NCBI GenBank assembly: GCA_977017575.1
Contig: CDRNVI010000021.1
Coordinates: forward strand, 372,001-436,000
DNA: 64,000 nucleotides
Direction: 5' to 3'
Source: Paramoeba atlantica
Lineage: Eukaryota; Protista; Discosea
How positions within the stretch are numbered: position 1 is the stretch's first letter; each line of letters begins with the position of its first letter. A model generated the notes under the pieces. That model saw only the letters and a program-made list of their open reading frames with translations. It was not told the DNA's origin and searched no databases. The position numbers were made by a program, and so were the translations under genes. Below, one piece after another: positions 40,203-51,136 of the stretch.

Positions 40203-41075
40203 ATGAGCACGGCCCGGGACCACACGGAGGCTGCGGAACGCAAACTCACCGGATTCTTCTCCTATTTCAACAGCGCCAAATACGACCAGGCCGCGACGCT
40301 GTTCCACCGCGCGGCGGTCCTCCACAAATCCGAGGGACAGTGGGCGGAGGCCGGGGAGGCGTTTCGCCGCGCCGCGGCATGTACCAAAGAGGCGGATGAC
40401 AACTACACCACCGCACAGTATTACACCGAGGCGGGTGGCTGTTTTCTACGTGCGGGGGCCACTACTCGAGTCCCCGAGCTGTGGAACTGTGCCATCGAGA
40501 TCCATATTTACCACAACCGGTTTGTGTTGGCGGCAAAACTAGAGGCTGACCTTGCGGGGATGTTTCATGAGGCTCATGACTACGAAGAGGCGGTGCGACA
40601 TTATGAGAGAGCACTGCGGTTTTATGCAGCAGAGAGTGGGGGGAGGAGTGCGGGGGGGAAGATACGACAGCGGTTGGCGACGCTGCATCGCGAGCATGGG
40701 GCATATCGACCTGCGGTTGCGGTGTTGGAGGAGATGGGAAAGGAGGCGATGGGGGGAACGTTTCGTCTGGCCGCAAGGGAGCATTTTTTTCATGCTCTAT
40801 TGTGTCATTTTCCGTTGTTGACAAAGGAAAATATGGCCGAGACGCTGGCGGAAATTGGTGAGAAAGTGGAGTGCTACAGTGCACAGGATAATACGCTGCG
40901 TGGCTCCCGAGAAGCGGAATTAATTACGTCCGTGTGTTCAGGTATTGAAATTTCTAATGCGGAGGCAGTGCGTGCGGCAGTACAGAAATACAACGAATTT
41001 AAGCCACTGGAAGATGAAAAAATCAATTTGCTTTTCTGTGTTCTTGAATTACTTGAAAATGATGATGAACGATGA
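40203..41075 (+). CDS. NAPA: Alpha-SNAP (soluble NSF attachment protein)
   Basis: AERKL..FF, KYDQAA, WAEAGEAF, TPR-like helices, GSREAELI, YNEFKPLED. Confidence 0.9.
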   Translation: MSTARDHTEAAERKLTGFFSYFNSAKYDQAATLFHRAAVLHKSEGQWAEAGEAFRRAAACTKEADDNYTTAQYYTEAGGCFLRAGATTRVPELWNCAIEIHIYHNRFVLAAKLEADLAGMFHEAHDYEEAVRHYERALRFYAAESGGRSAGGKIRQRLATLHREHGAYRPAVAVLEEMGKEAMGGTFRLAAREHFFHALLCHFPLLTKENMAETLAEIGEKVECYSAQDNTLRGSREAELITSVCSGIEISNAEAVRAAVQKYNEFKPLEDEKINLLFCVLELLENDDER

Positions 41076-41339
41076 GTGCATATTTTGAGGAATTGTTTCG
41101 GTGAGTTAAAGTTTTTTGACTACATGGAACAACTCGTTAAATAGTTAGATTCTACTCACAAGCATGTACACAGATGTTTGAGATGCTCATCAGTCAGCTA
41201 CTTTTGGGGGTACATTTTTTACTCATACAAAGAGGGACTTTGGAACGTCTTTTTCTGTTTTACGTTAATAACTCTACTTTTTTTCTTACATGCTTAAACG
41301 CTTGGTATCGCTTCACAAAATTTGTACTGTCTTGCTACA

Positions 41340-42077
41340 ATGGTTCATCTAAAGCCAGAAAGCAGTAGCAGCGTAGCTAGAAAAAAGCGTGTGCCGCGCT
41401 CGGCGAAGGGGTTTGGTCATAATTGGGCACAGCTTCCTACCCCATGTGCGGAGACCTGCTCGAATGACACCTCGAATACGACAACCTTGTCTCACACGTC
41501 CTCAGTCCTGATGGAAGTGAACAATAGAATGGATACGGTGCCACTTCCTGGGCCAGTGGCGAGACAGTGGAAGTCTCGTGTGGAAACGTACACCCATCAC
41601 GTCCAAATTTCTCACAATATCTTACCCCTATTGTTGCAACCATTGGATCTTATGGATAGCATGGGTCGCGCGACCTATGAAGGGATCTCCGGCGTTCCAA
41701 CCCAAGAAACGTCATGCATGAAGCCTGGTAGGGTAATAAAAATGTACGGGCAATATCTCCCGGATGGACAAGGATTGCATGATTTTGAGTGGATGGACCA
41801 CGATGCTATCGTACCACCTGAAGAAATGGATTTTGAAGCTCTTCACCGAGCGCGTGCGCTGCTAGAAGAAAATGACAAGGATATAGACCAATATTTTTCG
41901 TGGAAGTCACGAATCAATGAAGCGGATAAAAAGGCATTACATTATCTGATCGAACAATGGGAACAAAGATTTAAACAGAAGCCCCCGTTAACGGATCACA
42001 AGCACACTGAAAAGGGTGATATTAGTGAACCTTTGAAGAAAAAAATACGGACTTTCACAAAAAAATATGTTCGATAG
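41340..42077 (+). CDS. Hypothetical protein
   Basis: ~245-aa ORF on cluster strand; no motif recognised. Confidence 0.5.
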   Translation: MVHLKPESSSSVARKKRVPRSAKGFGHNWAQLPTPCAETCSNDTSNTTTLSHTSSVLMEVNNRMDTVPLPGPVARQWKSRVETYTHHVQISHNILPLLLQPLDLMDSMGRATYEGISGVPTQETSCMKPGRVIKMYGQYLPDGQGLHDFEWMDHDAIVPPEEMDFEALHRARALLEENDKDIDQYFSWKSRINEADKKALHYLIEQWEQRFKQKPPLTDHKHTEKGDISEPLKKKIRTFTKKYVR

Positions 42078-42289
42078 CACGAGTACGCAGACCAATAAAA
42101 CTGCGGGAAAGAGCCCTATAAGCAGTAGTAGTAAAGACAAATTTGCTGCTACAAAAGACATTGGTAAATTAGTATAGCGAAGTATGTGTACCTGTGTATT
42201 GCGGTGGTTATATAACTACCGCTCTACCCTCGATTAAAGAAAAAAAAGTGAGCAAAAACAGTGAAAATATAAAGAGGAACACAGTAATA

Positions 42290-43583
42290 CAGCGGTTTCA
42301 AGATATCTTCCCCCGCGGAAATTTGATTTTTTTATCCGCTTTTGCCTATTTTTGCAGCATTCGATAGATCTCGTTCTTCTGGTGAAGGGCTTTGCCGCTT
42401 TTTTTTAGTGTAGGTACCCCCTGGGTTCAAAAAACATGGTTTTTTAGGATATTTTTCTGGAACACATCCATTTTTTTACCTTTTTTCATCATGAAAACAA
42501 GACCAAGCATCCCCAAGCGAGGTGAATATGCTGAGGGATGGAGCAACAAAAAAGAAGACAACCCCCCCTATCAGATAAATCTACTTGCTCTGTCCCCCTG
42601 TCGCAGAGAGTGTAAATAATTAAACAATGCAAAAACGGCATGTCCATTAACAAATTAGCGTCAACTTTTGGGCGTGACCGCCGTGCAGTACGAAAATTTA
42701 TCAACTTGTGGAAAAAAAAAGGTATGGGAAGGGGGTGATGGCTTGGTTGGGGATAAGTGTGGATCATGGGCTCTTTTTGCATGTTTTTGAGCCCAACATT
42801 GGGTGCACATACGAGAATGCACACAAGGTCACTGGGAAAGTGATTCTTCAGTCATTCGAGAAACCAAACGGTTTCATCGGGTACCTTGTGGGACACGTGT
42901 CCAATGTTACATTACAAATGTTGGACTGCCCTCCCAATTCCCCCGACCTTAACCACGTAGAGAATGTTTGGCATCAAACGAATAAAATTGTGCCTAACAA
43001 ATTCAAGCCTCACAACCACGAATCTCTTATAGAGGCCATAAAAAAAGCTTTTAATACCTTAAAAAGATCCCCCCTTAAACAAAAGGTTCTGAACTCAATT
43101 AATTCGGTTCCAAAGACTCAGAAAAATACTACAAAAAGGTGGAGGGCACTCTGGGTACTAATATACTGTCCCCCTTCCCCTTAAGCGCACCCGGTCAGCC
43201 CCCCGTTTAAGCGCATATAGAGTTGAGGTGCGGACTCCGGCGCCGCGAAGCGGCGCCAAATTTTTTTTTATGTACTGATTCAGACCTCCCCGTTTAAACG
43301 CACTTTTCACGGAAAACGAGGTGCGCTTAAACGGGGGGGGACAGTACAACTTTTAAATTCGTTTTTTCCTCCATTTTACTGTTTTTTTCCAAGGTTCATA
43401 TTTACCAATAATCTTGTTTTGGCCGTTTTTCGGGTCACCATATGAGCACCAGGGTGTGCGTATGGAAAAAAAGGCAGCAAGGCTCTTCACTAGGGAACGA
43501 GATCTCTCGTTTGCAACAAAAATGAGCAAAAACGGATAAAAAAATCAAATTTCCACGTGGGGGAAGTTCAATTGAAACTACTG
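42290..43583 (+). mobile_element. Decayed Tc1-like transposon related to the 24.3-kb element (internal deletions, frameshift)
   Basis: TA at 42288-89 and 43584-85; ~135-bp imperfect TIRs sharing the GATCTCGTTC...GAAG(A/G)GC motif; remnants GMSINKLASTFGRDRRAVRKFIN, GKGVMAWLGIS, PPNSPDLNHVENVW; second catalytic Asp region deleted. Confidence 0.88.
43166..43344. mobile_element. 179-bp MITE nested just after the transposase stop
   Basis: TA|CTGTCCCCCTTCCCCTTAAGCGCAC ... GTGCGCTTAAACGGGGGGGGACAG|TA; internal CCCCGTTTAA(G/A)CGCA repeats. Confidence 0.82.
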
Positions 43584-44086
43584 TATACTATAGAAGAAAA
43601 AAATATTAAAGGGGCCCCCGTGGTCCAAAACTGAAAAAAAAAAAAAAAAACAATGGGAGGTCTAGGGGGTTCCAGGGGGGGCATACGTCACGTTTTTTGT
43701 CGAATTTTTTGCTTTTCAAAATCGAGCGCAGGGAAGTGTTAGAGTATGCCGCGGCGATGATTTTCCACCTCGGGTGACCCCCCCTGGTACGCGCAGGAGG
43801 GGCCCGACAAGTTTGAAAATTCCGAAATCTTTGGCATGACCAAAAAGAAAATGACGAAAAAGTAAAAACATTATTTTTCCAAAATCGGCTCATAAAACGT
43901 ATTTTAAGAGTTTGGACCTCAGCTACAATTCTACGACGTTTTTTTCGTCAGATTCGCCACCTACCCCTACTGGTAAGGCATCAAAAACAGCCCAAATTTG
44001 GGGTAGAATTTCGCAATTTTCGCAAAAAATCGAGCTTTTTCACTCCAAAGGATCATTTATGATCTTTCGGCAATTTTCCTTTTTTA

Positions 44087-44181
44087 GTGGCTTCGTTAAA
44101 CGCGGAGGTAGTTTTCAACGCGAAGCGCGCAGCATGAGTGACTTCTAAGTTGAAAACAACCACTGCGTTTAAGGAAGCCAC
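44087..44181. repeat. 95-bp fold-back mini-element
   Basis: TA|GTGGCTTCGTTAAACGCGGAGGTAGTTTTCAAC ... GTTGAAAACAACCACTGCGTTTAAGGAAGCCAC|TA. Confidence 0.75.
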
Positions 44182-44216
44182 TAAAAAAGATTAATAGATT
44201 ATCAAGATTTCTTCTT

Positions 44217-46724
44217 ATGGGAGGTACGAAGAAATGTACTAAGTTTATGCATTTAAAGACGAAGTCCAGAAGATCGGGAGAGTGGTTCATGCTAGGTGGG
44301 CACTTTGTTCGTAGCATCTTACTTTGCAGGCTTTCTTGGAGGAAAAATCTCTCTGAGTATGAGGTTGCGATGTGTCCATGGAGTGGCCCGATCGCGCTAA
44401 TCCCAATGTCACTTTTCCATTCAGATCACAAAACATCTAGTGAGATAGAGGTATATTCGTGTAGCGGAAAAAGATTGGGATCGATTCAATATCGCCTGTC
44501 CTCCGCTTTGCTTTCTTGTTTTTGGGTCGGTGCAGAAAGATTGTGCTTATTGGCTCAGGAAGGAATTGTGGAAATCTATTCAGCTCTTGGGGCACTTTCG
44601 GTCTCTCTTGATGTGTGCGGCTCCACCGTTATTCATTGGAACTTTTCTCGAACCAATATTGCACTCATAACTCAAGATCCGCGTCTTGTTCTTGTATTGC
44701 TAACCGAAGATGGAGAAAACATAGGAGCTGTGCACAACTTAACACTACATTTCGCACCATATTGTGTAGCAGTGCGCGGTAACACTGCTCTACCTTACTC
44801 GGTGGAACATTCATTTACTTGTGAGGTTCTACTGGCAGGTACATTTAACGAATCACCTGGGTTGTATAGCGCTTGTCTCTCCCTGAATCATCTATCGCTT
44901 CGGAGCGTCTCATTCTTTTTAAACGACGAAATATCATGTCTCTCCTTTTCACCGAATGGTCGTCGTGTGATAATTTGTGAGGGCTCCACAGTAATCCACG
45001 TGGTTTCATCTCAATTAAACAAATACTACGTTCGAGCTACACTTCCAACGGGCATGGAAAAGATCGAATGGGCAACACATCTAGTGTGGTGTGGCAGCGA
45101 CATGATTGGTTTGTGCTCACCTTTGGGGGGGCAGATCCTAGTGATGAGTATCAAAGGCCACTCTGAAGACAGAAATCCTTGGCATTGTACAATTTCTTTC
45201 TCTCATATTGGGTCCCCATTTAATCATGCGAATCGTAGGCGCAGTGCAACATTATTACCGGAACAAGATGGACTCCGCATACTGGACGAAGACACTACAT
45301 ACTTTATTCAGCGTGTCCCTTCTTCTGTTGAACGAGCGTATTGGGTTTCCTCCCACAATGCCCTCGCTCATTTATTGGCGATAGCAAGTACGTCCGATAC
45401 TTTAGATAATACTCAAAATCGAGATTTGCTACTAAAGTTCCGGTCTACATCATCTGTAGAAATGGTGGAAGCTATTCAATCTCTTCTCAACGTAGCTCTG
45501 TATGAGGTAGAAAAGGAACTTCGATTTCAAGCACTTGCAGCTGCGAAAGTTGGAATAGGTCAACAAAGAAGCCCAAATCAATTCGATGCAAAATATGACT
45601 TTGCACGCAGCGTAGTGCAATTTCTTATATTACTTCAGAACAGTGGTATATTCGTTACTTACACAGAGTTAAAATCGGTCGGCATACAGTACTTCCTTCG
45701 CTGCCTTGCGAGGCGAGAAGAGGTTTCTAGGTCTTACCAATTAGCTAAACTTGTTGGATGTGATTCTACGGAAGTTGTAATATTTTGGGCTTGCTCGAGG
45801 TCTTATTCTGATGACCAAATTAGCACGATCGTAGAGCATCACATTAGTCACAATACGATTGATTCACAATATGATTGTGATCTTGCGGAACTGTTTTACG
45901 GACAGGGAAAAATTTCTTTGTCTCATAAATATCTTGTTTTGAACCCTTCACTTCGATCCCAAGCTTTGCATTTCATGAAATGGAAGGAATACGCATCGGC
46001 ACTTCAAATTAGTACTGAATTGCGTGATGAATATTTGTTAGCTGAAACCATTAGAAGAATGAGACGAGAATATGCCGATGATTTACGAGTTCTTCGAGAA
46101 CTCGCGAAATCTCCTGTGGCTTTTGATTTGTTTCGTATAATGCTCGAAGATACTAGCTCTGCGATTGTCTCCGAATATTACGCGACAGTTGAACAAGCAG
46201 ATATGAGCGCCTACTTAACTTTGGACCGTATCAGTCGAAAAATTGTAAGTCGCACTCATGCGCTGAAAGAAAAGAGCGATGAGTTTTGGAAGGAAGTGTT
46301 AAAAGTATCACAAGTTGTCATTGGATGTTTACGTGGACACGGCAGTGCTACTTCCATAAAGAATGCTCAATATATATGTTTGTATTTCTACTTACTAGAA
46401 ATGCAACACAAAATTAAAACGTCTAAGACAGATAATAATTTTGTGGGATTCTCTCTCTTCCAGACCGTGGAATTTTGTATTGAGCACGACATGAAGCAAG
46501 AACTGGAAGCTCTTTCGAGTTCATTTGAGATTTCAGATCGCGAAATGATGTGGTGCCGGTTGCGTACCTATGAGAAGCAGAAACGTTGGGAAATGTTTGA
46601 TATTCTTTCCCAGATTAATGTTCCCAATTCAATTTGTCCTTGCATCGGTTATCGTCCGTTCTACGATATCCTGAATGATCATAAGAAGTTTCATCAAGCT
46701 CAGTTTTATAAAAAACTGCTGTAA
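44217..46724 (+). CDS. VPS16: Vacuolar protein sorting 16 (HOPS/CORVET subunit)
   Basis: PWSGPIALI, IEVYSCSGKRLGSI, CFWVGAERLCLLAQEGIVEIY, LVWCG, C-terminal helical region with CIGYRPF; start 44217 or 44289. Confidence 0.82.
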   Translation: MGGTKKCTKFMHLKTKSRRSGEWFMLGGHFVRSILLCRLSWRKNLSEYEVAMCPWSGPIALIPMSLFHSDHKTSSEIEVYSCSGKRLGSIQYRLSSALLSCFWVGAERLCLLAQEGIVEIYSALGALSVSLDVCGSTVIHWNFSRTNIALITQDPRLVLVLLTEDGENIGAVHNLTLHFAPYCVAVRGNTALPYSVEHSFTCEVLLAGTFNESPGLYSACLSLNHLSLRSVSFFLNDEISCLSFSPNGRRVIICEGSTVIHVVSSQLNKYYVRATLPTGMEKIEWATHLVWCGSDMIGLCSPLGGQILVMSIKGHSEDRNPWHCTISFSHIGSPFNHANRRRSATLLPEQDGLRILDEDTTYFIQRVPSSVERAYWVSSHNALAHLLAIASTSDTLDNTQNRDLLLKFRSTSSVEMVEAIQSLLNVALYEVEKELRFQALAAAKVGIGQQRSPNQFDAKYDFARSVVQFLILLQNSGIFVTYTELKSVGIQYFLRCLARREEVSRSYQLAKLVGCDSTEVVIFWACSRSYSDDQISTIVEHHISHNTIDSQYDCDLAELFYGQGKISLSHKYLVLNPSLRSQALHFMKWKEYASALQISTELRDEYLLAETIRRMRREYADDLRVLRELAKSPVAFDLFRIMLEDTSSAIVSEYYATVEQADMSAYLTLDRISRKIVSRTHALKEKSDEFWKEVLKVSQVVIGCLRGHGSATSIKNAQYICLYFYLLEMQHKIKTSKTDNNFVGFSLFQTVEFCIEHDMKQELEALSSSFEISDREMMWCRLRTYEKQKRWEMFDILSQINVPNSICPCIGYRPFYDILNDHKKFHQAQFYKKLL

Positions 46725-46952
46725 AGTTTGGTATAAGTTTGGTATAAATCTAAAATAATTTTCGTATAAGTTTTAAAAGAAGAAGTGGTCTGTTCCACAT
46801 GCAGTTTAAGTATTTCAGATGAACATATCGCTGTTATTATTTTGTTTCGCACTTGGAAAAGTCTTCCAATATTTATCGGATGTAAGCAAGATTAATATTA
46901 GGCTAACTTGTATATTCTTGGTGTCAGTAATAATTGATAAGTCTTGTTTTCA

Positions 46953-47291
46953 ATGATTCGCGTTACCTTGGCATTGGGGAATGTATCTCGCTCCAATATC
47001 AGTATTCGTTTTCGTTACGGTTCGGGACGACAACGCGTATCTTCGACGCATTCAGATACGACGTCTGCTGAATTAGCCGAAATACACACCGGAATAACAC
47101 GAAACCATGATCAGAAATCTACCACGAAATCTTCGTCGTCGGGCAACGCCCGGGCAAATCATAGCTATTCTATCACGACATCTTTGTATCGAGATTTTTC
47201 ACCGGACGAAATGGCGGCTGTGAATTCAGGCGGAGCAACCTCACTGGCGGGTTTTGTTAATGCTGCAAAAAACTTGCGCAAGCGAACATGA
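46953..47291 (+). CDS. KGD4: KGD4/MRPS36-like 2-oxoglutarate dehydrogenase adaptor
   Basis: Presequence-like start, SIRF motif, Ser-rich linker, C-terminal FSPDEMAAVNSGGA matching the family S.EE...INSGGA helix. Confidence 0.6.
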   Translation: MIRVTLALGNVSRSNISIRFRYGSGRQRVSSTHSDTTSAELAEIHTGITRNHDQKSTTKSSSSGNARANHSYSITTSLYRDFSPDEMAAVNSGGATSLAGFVNAAKNLRKRT

Positions 47292-47652
47292 TACTGTTTC
47301 GTTCGGAAGGTGTTCATCATTCGGAAGATATATCAAATCATACAGAACCACTTTGATAAAAAAAATAGTACATGGATTGTTCAGAGGTGTCAAGCAGTAT
47401 TTTTTGATTTTTGGATATCAAAAAATAGACTTGCGTATCTTTTAGCATTTTTTGCGCATTTGTGTGCATCATCTTTTAAGCTCCCCAACTTTTATGTCTT
47501 CACACCGGTATAGACCAGATTAGCGTTGTAGCATTGTATCTAGTATGTTGAACGTGCTTTACGCTTTCCGAAAGTACGCCCACACAAATTGTACATATTG
47601 TAAAGTATTTTTCAAGTGTATATTTTTCACGCTACTTTGACATCCTACTCAA

Positions 47653-49338
47653 ATGCAAACGGCACTTGCACCGGCACCCCAACAGAAGGCACAAACGATT
47701 CTCGGGATTAATGGAGTTCGTACCACAGGGGAAGACGTGCGTGAGGAAAATGTTACTGCTGCCCTTGCAGTGGCAAACCTTGTACGCAGCTCATTGGGTC
47801 CTGTGGGACTGGACAAGATGTTAGTGGATGAAGTTGGGGAGGTGACCGTGACGAACGACGGTGCTACGTTGCTACGCAAAATGGAAGTCGAGCACCCTGC
47901 AGGTTGCATGCTGGTTGAATTAGCAAAACAGCAAGATGAGGAAGTGGGAGACGGAACAACGAGCGTCGTGCTTTTAGCAGCTGAACTCTTGCGCAACGCT
48001 CAGAGTCTTATTCGTCATCATATACATCCGACAAGCATTATAACGGGATACAAGATAGCAATGCGAGAATCCATACGAATCATTACGGAAAAATTATGTA
48101 CTCCTATCAAAGCTGAAAATAAAGAACTTTTGTTGAGCATAGCACATACTTCCCTTGCATCTAAAATTTTGGGACATGCTGATCCAAACGTTTTCGCGCA
48201 CATCGTTGTTGACGCAGTGACATCGGTACGTACTGTAGATGAGGATACTGGCGACTTGAAGTTTCCCAGAAAGGCCATCGGTATATTAAAACAACATGGC
48301 AAGTCTCTGACGGAGAGTACTTTAATTCGTGGATACGCTCTTAGCGGCAGCCGCGTTTCTCAAGGGATGCCAACTCGAGTGAGTACGGCACGACTAGCCC
48401 TTCTTGACTTTGATTTACGTGCCGTGAAACTTCGACTTGGCATTTCAGCCACTATTCACGATCCCTCCAAGGCCGAGGATATGCGGCGACGAGAGTTAGA
48501 TATTACGCGAGAGCGGGTACGAAAGATACTTGCGTCAGGTGCAAACGTAATCCTAACTTCTTGTGGAATGGAGGACGCAATCCAAAAGATTCTAGTCGAC
48601 GCCGGGGCCATGGGGCTACGTCGTGTACCCAAGGAAGACCTGCGACGCATCGCGCGAGTGACAGGAGCAAAAATTTGTACGACAATGTGTGATCTCGAGG
48701 GGGGGGAAACATTTAGCTCTAGTGATCTTGGAACCGCCGCCTCGGTTTCCGAAATACGCTTCGGGGAGGACGAATGTGTGGTGATCGAGGGAACTACTGG
48801 GTGTGCTGCAGCTTCCATTCTACTTCGTGGATCCTCATCGCTCACACTTGATGAAGGCGAAAGGGCACTGAACGACGCACTTTGTGTAGTGTCGAAGGCG
48901 TTAGAAACCGGATCCGTGGTAGCAGGCGGCGGTGCTGTAGAGGGATATCTCCATGGCTACCTTGAAGCATTCGCTCAAAGTCTCAATTCTCGCGAGCAAA
49001 TAGCCATCGCTTCTTTTGCGGAAGCACTGTTGATTATTCCCAAACAACTGGCCTTGAATGCCGCACTTGATGCCCCGGATCTTGTAGCAAAACTTAGAAC
49101 TCAACATGCCATTGCCTTCGAACCAGTACAAACTCCATCATCGAAATCTATGCACAGCGGGCTCGATCTCCAGGGAAATTGTTTGCGAAACAATATGCAG
49201 GCTGGGGTAGTAGAGCCTCGTGCGTCGAAGATAAAAGCCCTTCAGCTCGCTACTGAGGCCGCCGTAACAATTTTGCGCATAGACGATTGTGTGCGTCTGA
49301 ACCCTCCACCTGAACCCGAGGATCCAAGACGAAGATAA
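47653..49338 (+). CDS. TCP1: T-complex protein 1 subunit alpha (CCT1)
   Basis: GEDVREENVTAALAVANLVRSSLGPVGLDKMLVD, VTNDGAT, EVGDGTTSVV, ATEAAVTILRIDD. Confidence 0.96.
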   Translation: MQTALAPAPQQKAQTILGINGVRTTGEDVREENVTAALAVANLVRSSLGPVGLDKMLVDEVGEVTVTNDGATLLRKMEVEHPAGCMLVELAKQQDEEVGDGTTSVVLLAAELLRNAQSLIRHHIHPTSIITGYKIAMRESIRIITEKLCTPIKAENKELLLSIAHTSLASKILGHADPNVFAHIVVDAVTSVRTVDEDTGDLKFPRKAIGILKQHGKSLTESTLIRGYALSGSRVSQGMPTRVSTARLALLDFDLRAVKLRLGISATIHDPSKAEDMRRRELDITRERVRKILASGANVILTSCGMEDAIQKILVDAGAMGLRRVPKEDLRRIARVTGAKICTTMCDLEGGETFSSSDLGTAASVSEIRFGEDECVVIEGTTGCAAASILLRGSSSLTLDEGERALNDALCVVSKALETGSVVAGGGAVEGYLHGYLEAFAQSLNSREQIAIASFAEALLIIPKQLALNAALDAPDLVAKLRTQHAIAFEPVQTPSSKSMHSGLDLQGNCLRNNMQAGVVEPRASKIKALQLATEAAVTILRIDDCVRLNPPPEPEDPRRR

Positions 49339-49767
49339 ACTCCAATTCTGAGCAACTGGGCATTATTGCTAATAAGACAACTTACAACATGAGACCAGAC
49401 CTACTATAGAAATTTACCTCCATACTCAAAGATCACACGTAGCAACAAATAAAAAGCAAGCCACCGGATCAAAAGAATGCAAAGAATTCTCTTTCAAAAA
49501 AAAATCGAATACTCAAGTTCATTCATTTACCTTACTATTTCACCGATAAATCATTTTTTAAATGCCTACATGCACTCGGCATAGATTCCTTTCATTTATA
49601 ACACCTTTTCAGGATAATTCAGTAACAAATCTATAAATCGGGGAAATCAATCGAACGACTGGCGTTGCAACAATACAAACATCAAACAGTGATTAACAAA
49701 CAGCAATCCAACAACTCATTTATCGTCCAATGTATTCTGTAAATTCGTATTCCTTTTTTCTATAACC

Positions 49768-50157
49768 ATGGCTACCCCGAAGAGCAGCAAGAAGGCGAAG
49801 AGCAGCCAGAAGAGCCGTGGCGCGAAGACGGGTCTGATCTTTCCCGTGGGCCGCATCGGCTCCATGCTCCGCCGTGGACGCTACACCAAGCGTGTGGCCT
49901 CCGCCGCCCCGGTGTACCTCGCCGCTGTGTTGGAGTACCTCACTGCCGAGCTTCTCGAGCTCTCCGGTAAGGTTGCGGGCCAGCACCACAAGAAGCGTAT
50001 TACCCCTCGTGCCGTCACACTCGCCGTCCGTCACGACGAGGAGCTTTCTCAGCTGCTAAGCAACGTCACCTTCACTCAGGGCGGCGTACTTCCCAACCTT
50101 CACGACATGCTCAAGAAGAAGAAGGCATCCCGCAAGGCGAGCAGCCAACAGGTGTAA
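49768..50157 (+). CDS. H2A: Histone H2A, copy 1 (3-aa shorter tail)
   Basis: [37 protein letters not shown]; lacks the STK tripeptide. Confidence 0.96.
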   Translation: MATPKSSKKAKSSQKSRGAKTGLIFPVGRIGSMLRRGRYTKRVASAAPVYLAAVLEYLTAELLELSGKVAGQHHKKRITPRAVTLAVRHDEELSQLLSNVTFTQGGVLPNLHDMLKKKKASRKASSQQV

Positions 50158-50484
50158 GGTGCAATGAGTGCGTTATAATACGTTGGCCCGCGTCACGTCA
50201 CACAATCGGTACCCTTGTGAAATCCTTCTACCATGGTGCTTCCCTTTCTTATGCACCATCCTAGGCATGTATTGACATGTACCTTGGCTCAGTAGAGCTA
50301 CATTTTGTGAAGTTTCGGCAGATGCAATCAACGACATTGCGCACATCATACTAGGATACTGGTGGAGTATCGCGTGGGTGATACTTACCACGGTTCTCAA
50401 TACATGTAAAACTTAAACCGTTCATTACGTAACCTCAATTCTTCGCCCTTATCCTTCTTTTTCTCCTACTCTACTTTATAACAC

Positions 50485-50811
50485 ATGGCGAAAGCAGCTA
50501 AAGTCGCAAAGAAGAGCTCTGGTCACCGCAAGTCCAAGAAGACGTTCAACACCTACATCTACCGCACCCTGAAGCAGATCCACAAAAACGTGGGATTCAG
50601 CAGCAAAGGGATCAAAGTTGTGAACTCTTTCGTGCGAGACATCTTTGAGCGCCTTGCCGTCGAGGCAGCCTCCCTCACGCGCTTCAACAAGACCAAAACG
50701 TTGACTTCCCGCGAAGTACAAACCGCAGTGCGCCTGACTCTTCCCGCGGAGCTCGCAAAGCACGCAATGGCTGAGGGAACGAAGGCTGTCGCCAAGTTGG
50801 CCTCCCACTAA
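50485..50811 (+). CDS. H2B: Histone H2B, copy 1 (FVRD variant)
   Basis: [49 protein letters not shown]. Confidence 0.96.
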   Translation: MAKAAKVAKKSSGHRKSKKTFNTYIYRTLKQIHKNVGFSSKGIKVVNSFVRDIFERLAVEAASLTRFNKTKTLTSREVQTAVRLTLPAELAKHAMAEGTKAVAKLASH

Positions 50812-51136
50812 ATGCTGTGTGGTTCGACCAGGTAGCATGCAGAGGTGCAGCATCCGATCGTCATGAACTTTGTTGTAAAAAATGTTATTCAAACGTACAA
50901 AGCCGTCGTGTTCACTATTAAGGTATACTTAGCAGTGAGTTTCATTCTGTGACGGACAAGTACGATTTACACTATATTCATGACATTATGAGAATGTATG
51001 CATGCACCGGCTCCATCTTATGTGAGGTACATTCTTGATATTGCTCGCCCCTCTTTTCAAAATTTATTGTGACAAACCGAAAAAACGTGTTCTATTGAAA
51101 ACCAGACATTTTTACTATCTATCCTCATTTTCACTC

